Shown: piece by piece, positions 49,340-61,485 of the stretch
Numbering within the stretch: position 1 is the stretch's first letter
Layout: each line of letters begins with the position of its first letter
Source of the DNA: Squalus acanthias
Lineage: Eukaryota
Reading direction: 5' to 3'
Assembly (NCBI GenBank): GCA_030390025.1
Contig: JASTWF010000036.1
Coordinates: 744,001-808,000, forward strand
DNA length: 64,000 nt
Notes under the pieces: model-generated
Database searches by the model: none
What the model saw: the letters and a program-made list of their open reading frames with translations, nothing else
Told to the model about the DNA's origin: nothing
Translations under genes and position numbers: made by a program

Positions 49340-51181
49340 TTTACTCCACTTAAACCGGGCTGGGACCAGTGTCCTGGCGAACCGAATAACTAGGGCAGTA
49401 GACAGGGCTTTAAACAAATGAAGGGGGGCGGGGGGAGAATTCAGGAAAGAGTAAATTTAAAAGCAGCGAGAGAAATGTTAAGGCTCTAGAGCAGAGTTTT
49501 GGGTAAAAATAAGCAGAATGGCTCAGGCAGGGACAAAGAGAGTAACAAAGGTAATAAGGCATCAGTGACTAAGGTGACATCAGGGAAAAATAGAAATAAA
49601 TCAAAGCTAACGGCACTATATCTGAATGCACGAAGCATTCACAACAAAATAGATGAATTAATAGCGCAGATAGAAATGAACAGGTTTGATCTAATAGCCA
49701 TAATGGAGACGTGGTTGCAAAGGGGCCAAGGTTGAGAACTAAATATTCCAGGATACTTAACTTTTAGAAGAGATAGGCAAAATGGAAAAGGCGGAGGGGT
49801 AGCCCTGATAATAAAGGATGGGATAAAGACACTAGAGAGAAAGGATCTTAGCTCCGAAAATCAAGAAGTAGAATCAGTTTGGGTGGAGCTAAGAAACAGC
49901 AAGGGGCAGAAAACATTGGTGGGAGTTGTTTATAGGCCCCCAAACAGTAGTTGTAATGTAGGGCAGAGTATAAATCAGGAAATTAGAGGTGCATGTAACA
50001 AGGGTAATACAGTGATCATGGGGGACTTTAATCTACATATAGACTGGGCAAAGCAAATTTGCAGTAATCGTGTGGAGGATGAATTCATGGAATGTATGCA
50101 AGATAGTTTTCTAGATCAATATGTTGAGGAACCAACTAGGGAACAGGCTATTTTAGATCTAGTATTGTGCAATGAGAAAAGGTTCATTAATAACCTTGTA
50201 GTAAAGGGGCCTTTAGGGAAGAGTGACCATAATATGATAGATATTGAGTTTGAAAGTGATTTAGTTAAATCCGAAACTAGGGTCTTCAATCTAAACAAAG
50301 CAAACTACGTAGGTATGAGGGGTGAGTTGGCTAAGGTAGAGTGGGAAACTACATTAAAAGGTATGACGGTAGACAAGCAATGGCTAGCATTTAAATTTAC
50401 AACAAATATACATTCCTTTAAGGCACAAAAACCCCACGAGAAAAGTGGTCCAACCGTGGCTAACAAAAGAAGTTAAAGATAGTATTAGATCAAAGGAAGA
50501 GACTTATAATGTTGCCAAAAAGAGTAGTAAGCCTGAGGATTAGGAGGATTTTAGAATTCAGCAAAGGAGGACCAAGAAATTGATAAAGGGAAAATAGAAT
50601 ATGAGAGTAAACTAGTGAGAGACATAAAAACAGACTGTAAAATCTTCTATAGGTATGTAAAAAGGAAAAGATTAGCAAAAGTAAATGTAGGTCCCTTACA
50701 GGCTGAGACAGGAGAAATTATAATGGGGAATAAGGAAATGGTAGAGAAATTAAACAAATACTGTGTCCGTCTTCACGGAAGAAGACGCAAAAAACTTCCC
50801 GGAAATAGTGGAGAACCAAGGGTCTAGCGAGAATGAGGAACTGAAAGAAATTAGTATTAGTAAAAAAATAGTACTGGAGAAATTAATGGGACTGAAAACC
50901 AATAAATCCCCATGACCTGATGGCCTACATCCTAGGGTTTTGAAAGAGGTGGCTATAGAGATAGCATTGGTTGTCATTTTCCAAAATTCCATAGATTCTA
51001 GAACGGTTCCCGCGGATGTAAATGTAACCCCACTATTTAAGAAAGGAGGGAGAGAGAAAACGGGGAACGACAGACCAGTTAGCCTGACATCAGTAGTAGG
51101 GAAAATGCTAGAATCTATTATTAAGGACATGGTAACAGGGCACTTAGAAAATAATAATAGGATTGGGCAAAGTTAACATGG
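49340..51181 (+). pseudogene. Degenerate CR1 LINE: end of ORF1 (esterase-like) plus ORF2 endonuclease region, 3'-truncated
   Basis: LHLNRAGTSVLANRI (ORF1 end); YLNARSI, ETWL, GGGVAL, VYRPP, MGDFN, SDHN (APE endonuclease); several stops and frameshifts. Confidence 0.9.
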
Positions 51182-51721
51182 TGGTCATGAAAGGCACTAT
51201 AGAAATGCAAGTCTTTCTTTCTTGATGACATGAATTACAAAACCTCAATCAATGACTTGTTAAAAATCTTACATCTGCACGCACTTCCTATCTGCAAAAG
51301 CTTACTTCCTGTTGTCACCCTTTTCATCATACTTTTGTGTCAACTTTTTTTACACAATTAATTCCTTTGTCCGCACTTATAATGGACACCACCTACGTCA
51401 CCATGTAATTTCACAATCTGGCCATTGGGTGACAGTGTATTATTTCCCCCACTCAAAATGCTTCCTGAAATTTTTCGTATGCAATTTTGTTTCTCAGCAA
51501 CTGAAATTTCTAATCTCCAAAATAAGATTTTAAACAAAATAAAACATTAAAAATATATATTTCACAATAACATGATTAAATTTATCAATTGAATTATTTT
51601 TGTGTCTTTTAATGCTTTCATTAATGCTATTATTTGAAGGCCTCAGCCTCTCCCAAAAGCCTCACTTGTGCTTTGTTGAATGTTAGAAAATGAAAATATT
51701 CTAATTGCTAATGCCTGTGAG

Positions 51722-51864
51722 CAATGTTCCCTCTATTTTTTGTTGTGCATGGTCCCTTTAACTGGCTGCACGGCATGTGCGGTTTCTTCCATGTAAAAGC
51801 TGGTGAGTGGCCTGTGCGGGACCTCCAGACCACTGTGCAGCCACGCAGCTTAGCGGGAACGTTA
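51722..51864 (-). mobile_element. hAT-type MITE copy
   Basis: CAATGTTCCCTCTA...TTAGCGGGAACGTTA; perfect TSD CCTGTGAG at 51714-51721 and 51865-51872. Confidence 0.85.
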
Positions 51865-52039
51865 CCTGTGAGATAAAGATTCTTATTGTTAACACCTGTG
51901 AGACAGAGAGGAAGTGAAACAGCATGCAACAGAGAGAGAGCCCATGAGACAGGCGAGAGAGAGAGAGAGGCAGACAGAGTGTCTTTCCTCATTATAATTT
52001 GCTTTCTTTTAAACAAAATCAAGTTAAAATTTGAAAGCA

Positions 52040-52545
52040 AACAAAGCCTTTTTGAAGGAAAATAATAGGAGAGGAGTACGGAGGGGATTATGAAATAGGT
52101 TAAAAATGAGGGGGCCGCTAACTCTTCACCCTTAGGGAGAGTGAGTGGGAGTGGCTGCAGGGTTAAGGATGAGGGAGGGAGAGAGAGGGGAGAGGAAGAT
52201 GCAGGGACTGAGTGGGTAGTTCAAAAGGGAAGAGGTAAGGGTAGTGATTGGAGTGAGGGGATGATAGGATGGTGGGAAGGCAAAGGGGTCGGAGATGTGA
52301 TGAGAGTGACAGGGTGGGGGAAAGCATTGCTGGGAGGGGAGGGGAGGGGAAGGGAAGGGAACCCCTGAGGACCCCCACCAAAAATGCAGCCTGCAGCCTC
52401 GCTAGCTCCTTTCTCTGTCACGCATCGTCTTGCCAACCAGTACCTGCCACCCAAATGGAAAGAAAAGAAGAAAAGGAAAGAGACAGAAGCAGAAGAGGAG
52501 AGAGGAGAGAGAGCGAGAAACAGAGACAGGTAAACGAGAGAGACC
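52040..52545 (+). repeat. Purine (GA)-rich low-complexity tract
   Basis: Strong G/A bias with many GGG runs. Confidence 0.7.
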
Positions 52546-53134
52546 ATATTCTCCAATTTACCGTGTGCAGGAGAACCACTAGTTACCTTGTTAATTAATG
52601 TCTCCACATGAAGGCGCACAGAAACGGTGAGTTAAAAAAAAGACTTGTGATATGAGGTTTTCCACTTAGACACTTCTAGGAAGCCCATTCAAAAATTGGA
52701 TGTGCAGAAGCTCTATTCTCATCTACCGTATAATATTACGTAACCCTATGGTAAAGCTGCTAACTTGCAAACACTCTCAGGAAAGCATTATTCTCAGTGC
52801 AAGCCATCTGAAGCCCTTGCTGGGATCACTGCCTATAAGTTTCTCCGTAACTGTCTAGATCACAGGACAGCTGGGAGTGAAACCTGTGATCAATAAGAGT
52901 GAGACTGGCCACAAACCCATTTAAACACGTGAAGCTGTGCTTATTATGGCAGAATGAATGAGTCATTTTCCAAAATGAGTGAGACTTGGCAGGTGTCTCT
53001 CTCGTAGGTATCCATTATTATTTACGTAACAGAAGTGAATGTTTTGATGGCATCCGAAATATAAAAGTCAAGCTTGTATTTCTAGTTGACACCACAATCA
53101 TAACATATCTAACATATTAAATGGGTTTGTGATC

Positions 53135-53885
53135 AGTCTCCAACAAGCGAGTGTCTAATCACCGCCCCTTGACATTCAACGGCATTACCATCGCCGAATC
53201 CCCCACTATCAACATCCTGGGGGTCACCATTGACCAGAAACTTAACTGGACCAGCCACATAAATACTGTGGCAACAAGAGCAGGTCAGAGGCTGGGTATT
53301 CTGCGGCGAGTGTCTCAGCTCCTGACTCCCCAAAGGCTTTCCACCATCTACAAGGCACAAGTCAGGAGTGTGATGGAATAATCTCCACTTGCCTGGATGA
53401 GTGCAGCTCCAACAACACTCAAGAAGCTCGACACCATCCAGGGCAAAGCAGCCCGCTTGATCGGCACCCCATCCACCACCTTAAACATCCACTCCCTCCA
53501 CCACCGGCGCACCGTGGCTGCAGTGTGTACCATCTACAAGATGCACTGCAGCAACTCGCCAAGGCTTCTTCGGCAGCACCTCCTAAACCCGCGACCTCTT
53601 CCACCTAGAAGGACAAGGGCAGCAGGCGCATGGGAACACCACCACCTCCAAGTTCCCCTCCAAGTTACATACCATCCTGACTTAGAAGTATATCGCTGAT
53701 CCTTCATAGTCGCTGGGTCAAAATCCTGGAACTCCCTCCCTAACAGCACTGTGGGAGTACCTTCACCACACGGACTGCAGTGGTTCAAGAAGGCGGCTCA
53801 CCACCACCTTCTCAAGGGCAATTAGGGATGGGCAATAAATGCTGGCTTTGCAGCGACGCCCACATCCCAGGAACGAATACAAAAA
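53135..53885 (+). mobile_element. 3' fragment of the second CR1/L2-group LINE family
   Basis: ILGVTIDQKLNWTSHI...YKAQVRSVME; near-identical to 61486-62240. Confidence 0.9.
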
Positions 53886-54302
53886 AATTAAGTCTTCCCT
53901 ATAGCACGCACCTCTTGCAAGTGTCACACTTACTTCCTGTCACACTTTAGCTGTCACACAGATGTCACAGACCTCCCTCACGGTGAGACGGTACCTAAGG
54001 CTGTATTGGTTTGGTAGTTACCACCGATTACAATGCTACAAAGTCTGTAAATCGCAAGAGTGTTTGTGCAAAAATGCCCACCATCCCGGCTACCTCCATG
54101 GTAGCATTCTCAAGGAGGTGGCACCTGTTCAAATAACAGGATACCTGGGCTGCCATGACAATAGCAGGTCAGGAGAAGCCTAACGAAAGGTGCATCATGT
54201 CAGGGTTGAAGCGCCCAGAACACAGCTATTGTTTTCGGGCGGGCGGGGGTAAAGTAACAGCGCCACAGAAAAGTAAAATGCCGCACGCTCGATAGAGGGC
54301 AT

Positions 54303-55116
54303 GTGTCAGCTGTGGCTCAGTGGGTAGCACTCTTGTTTCAGAGTCAGAAGGTCGTGGGTTCAAGTCCCACTCCAGAGACTTGAGCACGTGATCCAGGCCA
54401 ACACTCCCAGTGCAGTACTGAGGGAGCGCCGCACTGTCGGAGGGGCGGTACTGAGGGAGCGCCGCACTGTCGGAGGGGCGGTACTGAGGGAGCGCCGCAC
54501 TGTCGGAGGGGCGGTACTGAGGGAGCGCCGCACTGTCGGAGGGGCGGTACTGAGGGAGTGCCGCACTGTCAGAGGGGCAGTACTGAGGGAGTGCCGCACT
54601 GTCGGAGGGGCGGTACTGAGGGAGTGCTGCACTGTCAGAGGGGCAGTACTGAGGGAGTGCCGCACTGTCGGAGGCGCAGTACTGAGGGAGCGCCGCGCTG
54701 TCAGCGGGGCAGTACTGAGGGAGTGCCGCACTGTCGGAGGGGCAGTACTGAGGGAGCGCCGCGCTGTCAGCGGGGCAGTACTGAGGGAGTGCCGCACTGT
54801 CGGAGGCGCAGTACTGAGGGAGCGCAGCACTGTCGGAGGGGCAGTCTTTCAGGTGAGACGTTAAACCGAGGCCCCATCTGCCCTCTCAGGTGCTATTTCG
54901 AAGAAGAAATCCTGGTGCTGTTTGTGTCCTGACTAATATTTATCCCTCAACAAACACGATCCTAGTGCTGTTTATGGGATCTTGCTGTGCGCACATTGGC
55001 TGCCGCGTTTCCCACAGTACAACAGTGACTACACTTTAAAAGTACTTCATTGGCTGTAAAGCGCTTTGGGACGTCCTGAGGTCGTGAAAGGCGCTATAGA
55101 AATGCAAATCTTTTTT
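54303..55116 (+). mobile_element. SacSINE1-like SINE with internal 33-bp tandem expansion
   Basis: Normal head (54303-54414) and tail (54844-55116) flank the array. Confidence 0.85.
54415..54843 (+). repeat. 33-bp minisatellite, 13 units (GTACTGAGGGAGCGCCGCACTGTCGGAGGGGCG)
   Basis: 11-aa periodicity in ORF 54388..54864; the unit occurs once in every normal SINE copy. Confidence 0.95.
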
Positions 55117-55949
55117 CAGAGGAATCGCAGTGAAGGAGGTTGAAGTGTTTGAAGGTCAGTTAGCATGAGTCTGTGGCACAAGTGGAGCCTGGAATGAAAT
55201 GCTGGATATTCTCCATGTATCGTCCCCTTAGGATCTCAGGGGTCTGAACATACGAGAGTTAGCTCCACAAATTATCCTGAATTAAGTATAACATAAAACT
55301 TGACAGTCCATTTATAATAGTGTCACCTGGCGTGTATTTCCATGAGGTTCTTCGTTTGTCCTTGAGTTGTCTGTACAGGGGAATGTTCTACTTTTGAAAA
55401 AAGGAAGTAAGATAGCATACGAACCAGAATTTGTCATGTGATGAAAAATGGCAGTTGTGGAAGGATGACACTGTCCTTTTTAAAGTCTCTTTTCATGTCT
55501 CCCCTCATCTCCTGACATTGTTGCTGGGACACAGTTCATGTGGAAATTTAGACAGTGAATGCCAGCAGTCTATTCATTCATGAAGAACACCACACCCAGC
55601 CTAATCCTGTCTTCACCCAATGCCACACAGGCACAGTCTCCAGTTGGGGGGCGCGGAATAGCAGGAGCCTGTGACCTTCTACGATGCCATTCCAGAGCAG
55701 GAGGTTCCACTAAGCCATCGGTCTATGGCTGTGTTTTCAAATATATATTTTTCATCCCCACCCCCTCCGCTCTTGGGGGTTTTCCTGCACCGGTCATTGC
55801 CTCAAGAGACAGGCAGGGAGCTTGCCCTCTGGCCTTTGCCAGTGACAGTCCCCGCCAAGCTCTTGGGGACAGCTGTGGGAGTAAATCTTTGCCCAATTCC
55901 CTCTCTGCCATGATCTAATTGAATGGTGGAGCAGGCCCAAGGGGCTGAA

Positions 55950-56402
55950 TGTCAGCCGTGGCTCAGTGGGTAGCACTCTTCCCTCTGAGTCAGAAGGTCG
56001 TGGGTTCAAGTCCCACTCCAGGGACTTGAGCACAACAATCCAGGCTGACACTCCAGTGCAGTACTGAGGGAGTGCTGCACTGTCGGAGGTGCCGTCTTTC
56101 GGATGAGACGTTAAACCGAGGCCCCGTCTGCCCTCTAAGGTGGATGTAAAAGATCCCATGGCATTATTTTGAAGAAGAGCAGGGGGTCCTGGCCAATATT
56201 TATCTCTCAATCAACATAACAAAAACAGATTGTCTGGTCATTATCACATTGCTGTTTGTGGGAGCTTGCTGTGCGCAAATTGGCTGCCGCGTTTCCCACA
56301 TTACAACAGTGACTACACTTCAAAAGTACTTCATTGGCTGTAAAGTGCTTTGGGACGTCCTGAGGTCGTGAAAGGCGCTATAGAAATGCAAGTCTTTCTT
56401 TT
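55950..56402 (+). mobile_element. Full-length SacSINE1-like Deu SINE
   Basis: TGGCTCAGTGG (A box), GGTTCAAGTCC (B box), Deu-like core, tail ...GAAAGGCGCTATAGAAATGCAAGTCTTTCTT. Confidence 0.88.
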
Positions 56403-57326
56403 TGTTTTTCCTAGTGTTCCTTCCAGTGGAAGACACTGAGATGATGCTCAGCAGCTCCCTCTTGTGGCACAGAACAGGAACATGCAGGGAAGTGCAGATA
56501 AACCTGTGCAGAGTCCTTTCAAGCTGCACCTGCGAAGTTACACGATGCTGAATCCTGGCGGAAAGACATTGTCCTGCTTAACACTGGCATTAACTTAAGT
56601 ACAACAGGATTGAACAGGTATCTGACAAAACATCCCACCGGTACTTTCCATTGTTAAGTGCAACCTCACTGCCATGTGTATCATTTTGTTAAAGGGCCCC
56701 CTTGCAGTTGGAGAATTTTTCTCTTCTTTTTAATTGTGAATCTTTGTGCTTATCAAGATGAGAGCTGTTTTCTACTTTGCTCACCCCCTTAGTATCCCGC
56801 ACTCTCAGGTACAGCACTGACCCAAAAATGTGCTTCAGCCACACTCTCATCTCAGTCACAGATGGAATTCTCTACTCCAGAGGGTTGTAGAGGCTCAGTC
56901 GTTGAGTATATTCAAGACAGAGATCGATAGATTTTTGGATGTTAAGGGAATCCAGGGATATGGGGATCGGGCGGGAAAGTGGAGTTGAGGTAGAAGATCA
57001 GCCGTGATCTGATTGAATGGCGGAGCAGGCTCGAGGGGCCGAATGGCCTCCTCCTGTTCCTAATTCTTATGTTGTTATGTTCTGAGAAGACAATTCCTAT
57101 TGCATCAGTGTTATTTTTCCCTATTCCCACCCTGGCCAATGGCTCAGCAGGTGAGTGCGCCCCCCCGTGGTGGAATGGAGCCAATGTGGCCCAGAAGGTT
57201 GCAGGTTCGATCCTGGGTGTAGGTGCCCTCCTTGCGGTAGAATAGCCTGGCAATGCTCACTCGGCTGGCCATTTAGGCAAGGTAACACCTGTTGGCAGCT
57301 TCAGGTAACACGGGGACCAAAATAAC

Positions 57327-58413
57327 GGGCCAGGTTTTGCTGAAAACGTAACAGTGTCTGAACGACGCTCGCCATGAGTCACATGCAAATTGGCCAGTGA
57401 CTTGCAGCGAGGAAGAGACACCCCGTGAAGTGTGAATCGTCAGGATGTGCGCCTCTCTGCTGTCAGCTAAGCGAAAACGGCGTCTCGCCCTTAACCTTCC
57501 CGTGAGTTTCATGAAGTTGCTGCATTTGCACATTAATTACCCATTAAACTCACCACAGAAAATTAAATCTAGTAATTATCAGCATAAGTACTCTTTTAAC
57601 GACGGGATAATTGTTAATGACTGCCAATCAACCTCTCCGGCACCGAAAGTGAACAATTATAAGTGCGGAGTCTCATTCCTTCAGATTGTGAATTATTTCA
57701 GGAGATTTTAAAAATGTTACATTTTTACATTTTTTTCTTACTCTTCCTTTCTGTCTCTCTTTTCTCTCTTAATCCAATCTTTCTTTCCCTCTCTTTATTT
57801 CTCTTTCTGTACCTGATTGAATTCACCACCTTTAATTCACCCTCCTTCTCAGTCCTTCCTCTGTTTATTTCTCAAACCTTTAATAAGAAGAACATAAGAA
57901 ACAGGAGCAGGAGTCGGTCATTTGGCCCCTCGAGCCTGCTCCGCCATTCAATAAGATCATGGCTGATCTGATCTTGGCCTCAACTCCACTTTCCCGCCCG
58001 CTCCCCATAACCCTTGACCCCCCTGTAGCTCAAATATCTGTCTATCTCCGCCTTGAATATATTCAATGACTCCGCCTCCACAGCTCCCCGGGGTAGAGAA
58101 TTCCAGAGATTCACGACCCTCAGAGAGAAGAAATTCCTCCTCCTCTCCGTCTTAAATGGGCGACCCCTTATTCTGAAACTATGCCCCCGAGTTCGAGATT
58201 CCCCCACGATTCTCCTTAACCAATTAATCTCATTGATTAAGGAGATACACTATTTGTCCCGTCATTCACCAAGGTCCCAGATGCCCTGTTGCCCTCGCCA
58301 TGCCGTTTTCAGCAACTTACAGGGCAAAAAAAAATCTTAAAGTCTACACGTATAATTGTAAGTCTAACTGGCGGGGCACGCAACGAGATTCCCTGCTCCA
58401 GCAAGATCTGGCC
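57327..58413. mobile_element. Non-autonomous DNA transposon (Harbinger-like) with nested CR1 3' fragment (57885-58208, minus)
   Basis: GGGCCAGGTTTTGCTG / CAGCAAGATCTGGCCC inverted ends; interior homologous to 59515-60365. Confidence 0.7.
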
Positions 58414-59514
58414 CAACGCGTGAGGGCATGGGTGCAGTGGCACAACATAGAATCATTCAGCACAGAAGGAGGCCATTCGGCCCATCGCGCCGGCGCCAGC
58501 TCTGTCCAATTAGTCCCACTCCCCCTTGCTCTTACCCCATAGCCCTGCAATTTTTCCTTTCCGTGTGTCAGCCGTGACTCAGTGGGTAGCACACTCACCT
58601 CTGAGTCAGAAGGTTGTGGGTTCAAGTCCCACTCCAGGGATGTTAAACCGAGGCCCCGTCTGCTCTCTCAGATGGACGTAAAAGATCCCACAGCACTATT
58701 TCGAAGAAGAGCAGAGGAGTTCTCCCCGGTGTCCTGGGGCCAATATTTATCCCTCAACCAACGTCACTAAAACAGATTATCTGGTCATTATCACATTGCT
58801 GTTTGTGGGAGCTTGCTGTGTGCAAATTGGCTGCTGCATTTCCCACATTACAACAGTGACCACACTTCAAAAGTACTTCATTGGCTGTAAAGCGCTTTGA
58901 GATGTCCGGTGGTCATGAAAGGCGCTATAGAAATGCAATCTTTCTTTGCAACATCAACTGACAGCGCCACCATGTGGTGGGCCTTAGGTTTGCTCACATG
59001 GGTGCGCTGTCAGTTCATGTTGCAGTGTGACAATTAATAATTCTTTTACTGAGAACGCAGTTTTGCCACAGCTACCCTCCCTTTAATATAGGCCGCGAAA
59101 AAGTTCAAATAAGAAAAAGTTCAAGCCAGAAAAAAAAATCACCTTTTAAATCCAGGGCGATGCTTAAACCTTAATAAAGAAATGTAATTACATTTTCATT
59201 TTATGGCTAGGATTTATGAATTTTTAGATAGAACTGTTAACACTTCATTTATAATAATGGATTTCTTTTTAGTATCGGCACCTGAGCCACATTATAAATT
59301 AATAAGGTTCAAAGTCTGTTCCGAGATTTTCTCAGCCCTTACCTGTAGCTTTCCCTCGGCTCCGTTGAAATGGCTTTCCGCCCTCCCGAGAGTGCAATAT
59401 GTGCAGTGAGAGGGTGGGGGAGGAGAGGCTCGAGGTGGCAGCATTCTCGATGCAGTGCATTTTACTTCATCTAAATTCTGGAGACGCCTGACAGGACCGG
59501 GAGTGAGGATGCTG

Positions 59515-60365
59515 GGGCCGCGATTTGTGCAATTTGGTCGTAGTTCAGTCCGTGGCGGTCGAGGACTGGTGCAAATCCGAGATATCGGGACGAATCATGG
59601 GGTGTTAACGACGCACGCCGTTATTAATGCACAAATCGGCCAGCGGGTTCTGGGGATTGAGAGGTACGCCGTGAGTTGCGGCTCTCCAGAACTTGCTGGT
59701 CGATTTACGCCGCTCTGCCGATTGCGTCACACAAACGGCATCTCGCCCTCAGCCTCCCCGTTATTTTTAAGAACTTGCTGGATTTGCACATTAATTGCCC
59801 GTTAAACTCGCCACAGCAAGTTAAGTCTGGTAATTAGAAGCGCGAGTACCCTTTTAACGACATGGTAAGTGTTAATGACTGCCGATCAACCTCTCTGGCA
59901 CCGAAAATTAACTATTACAAGAGTGGAGTCTCATTCGTTATGATTTTTAATTTTTCGGGGAGATTTAAAAAAGTTAACATTTTAAAATTCCATTTTGTTT
60001 GCCACTTTTCCTTTCTGTCTCTTTTTTCTTCTCTCTCTCTTAATCCAATCTTTCTTTCCCTCTCTTTATTTCTCTTTCTGTATCTGATTTGACTCGAATT
60101 CACCCACTCGCCTTCTCCGTCGCTGCGCTGTTTCTTTCCCACTCCGTAAATCTCATTGGTTAAGGAGATAGGCTGTTGGCCCCATCGTTCACCCAGGTCC
60201 CAGATGGGCCGTTGCTCTCGCCGCCCCGTTACCAGCTCGCACCGTCCAGCAAGTTAGCGCACCAAATTTTTTCGAGCTGATGGGCGCATAATTATGGATC
60301 GCTCCAAGTGCACATTGAGACGCGGGCGGAGAGGTTAGCCTAGTGGCGGGACTGCAAAATTGCGT
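59515..60365. mobile_element. Related GC-rich non-autonomous DNA transposon
   Basis: Shares internal blocks (TTAATGACTGCC..ATCAACCTCTC..GGCACCGAAA; CTCTCTTAATCCAATCTTTCTTTCCCTCTC) with 57327-58413. Confidence 0.65.
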
Positions 60366-60629
60366 GTGGGTGAAATTTCAAGGGATGTGGACAATTAATG
60401 TGGATAGTGTCTGACATGAATCTTGTCATCCATGTATGAAGTAATACTGGGCGGCCTGCTGGCGGCGCTGTCCAGGGAGAGTATAAATACTCGGGCATGG
60501 GCCCAGCTTGCTTAGGACATTCCTCAACAGGAACTAGTGAAGGACACAACCAGATCTCCATGTTGAAAAACAGTTGATTAAAGCTTTGTTTAACGCTTAG
60601 ACCAAGTGCCTAGTAGTTTTCTTATGTCA

Positions 60630-61092
60630 GTGTCAGCTGTGGCTCAGTGGGTAGCACACTCACCTCTGAGTCAGAAGGTTGTGGGTTCAAATCCCACTGC
60701 AGGGACTTGAGTAAATAAATCTAGGCTGACGCTCCAGTGCAGTGCTGAGGGAGTGCTGTACTGTCGGAGGTGCCGTCTTTCAGATGAGACGTTAAACCGA
60801 GGCCCTGTCTGCGCTCTCAGGTGATGTAAAAGATCCCGTGGCACTATTTTGAAGAAGAGCAGGGGAGTTCTCTCGGTGTCCTGGCCAATATTTATCCCTC
60901 AATCAACACAACAAAAACAGATTATCTGGTCATTATCACATTGCTGTTTGGGGGAGCTTGCTGTGCGCAAATTGGCTGCCGCGTTTCCCACATTACAACA
61001 GTGACTACACTTCAAAAATACTTCATTGGCTGTAAAGCGCTTTGAGACATCCGGTGGTCGTGAAAGGCGCTATAGAAATGCAAGTCTTTCTT
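60630..61092 (+). mobile_element. Full-length SacSINE1-like Deu SINE
   Basis: Near-identical to 55950-56402. Confidence 0.88.
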
Positions 61093-61159
61093 TTAAAGGG
61101 AGGTGGCTGAACGGGGGGGGGGACAAAATTCCTTGAAGCCTTTGGAAGGTAACACGATG

Positions 61160-61480
61160 GCTGCACTTGCCACGCTCCTGATCGTTGGTCTCCCGGTGTG
61201 GGCAGGCAGGGGGTGGAGCGGGCAAGTCGGAGGACCTCATTGCAGGACAGGTCCAGGCACCGAGCGGTTGAGCGGGTCGTTCGGCCCGACTGCCCGCCTC
61301 TCTTCCGCGGCTGCGCTCGCGCCTGGGTGTCCCTGGAGATGGAGCGCGTGGTGTCCATCGGCACGCTCGAGGCCTTCCACGACCGGCGGGCACCGGAGGG
61401 ACTGGAGTGCTTCATCACCCCCCAGAACAACATTTTAATTTAATTTGTTAAGTTTCCTTTAAAAGTTTTTAGATTAAGTT
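61160..61480 (+). mobile_element. Tx1/L1-clade LINE 3' fragment
   Basis: PDCPPLFRG...GTLEAFHDRRAPEGLECFITP. Confidence 0.7.
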
Positions 61481-61485
61481 TGCTT

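Noticed and set aside
36284..51181. One CR1 split in two: the 49340-51181 piece ends where the 36284 piece begins (ESIIK..VTGHLEN)
   Set aside because: Order is reversed, the ~70-nt overlap differs at many positions, one piece is intact and the other decayed, and RACGAP1 exons between them are collinear
54415..54843. CRISPR-like array or repetitive protein gene (33-bp period)
   Set aside because: Units are contiguous with no unique spacers, no cas genes are present, and the unit is part of the SINE consensus
55950..56030. tRNA gene (A and B boxes)
   Set aside because: It is the head of a multi-copy SINE and runs straight into the SINE body with no acceptor stem or terminator
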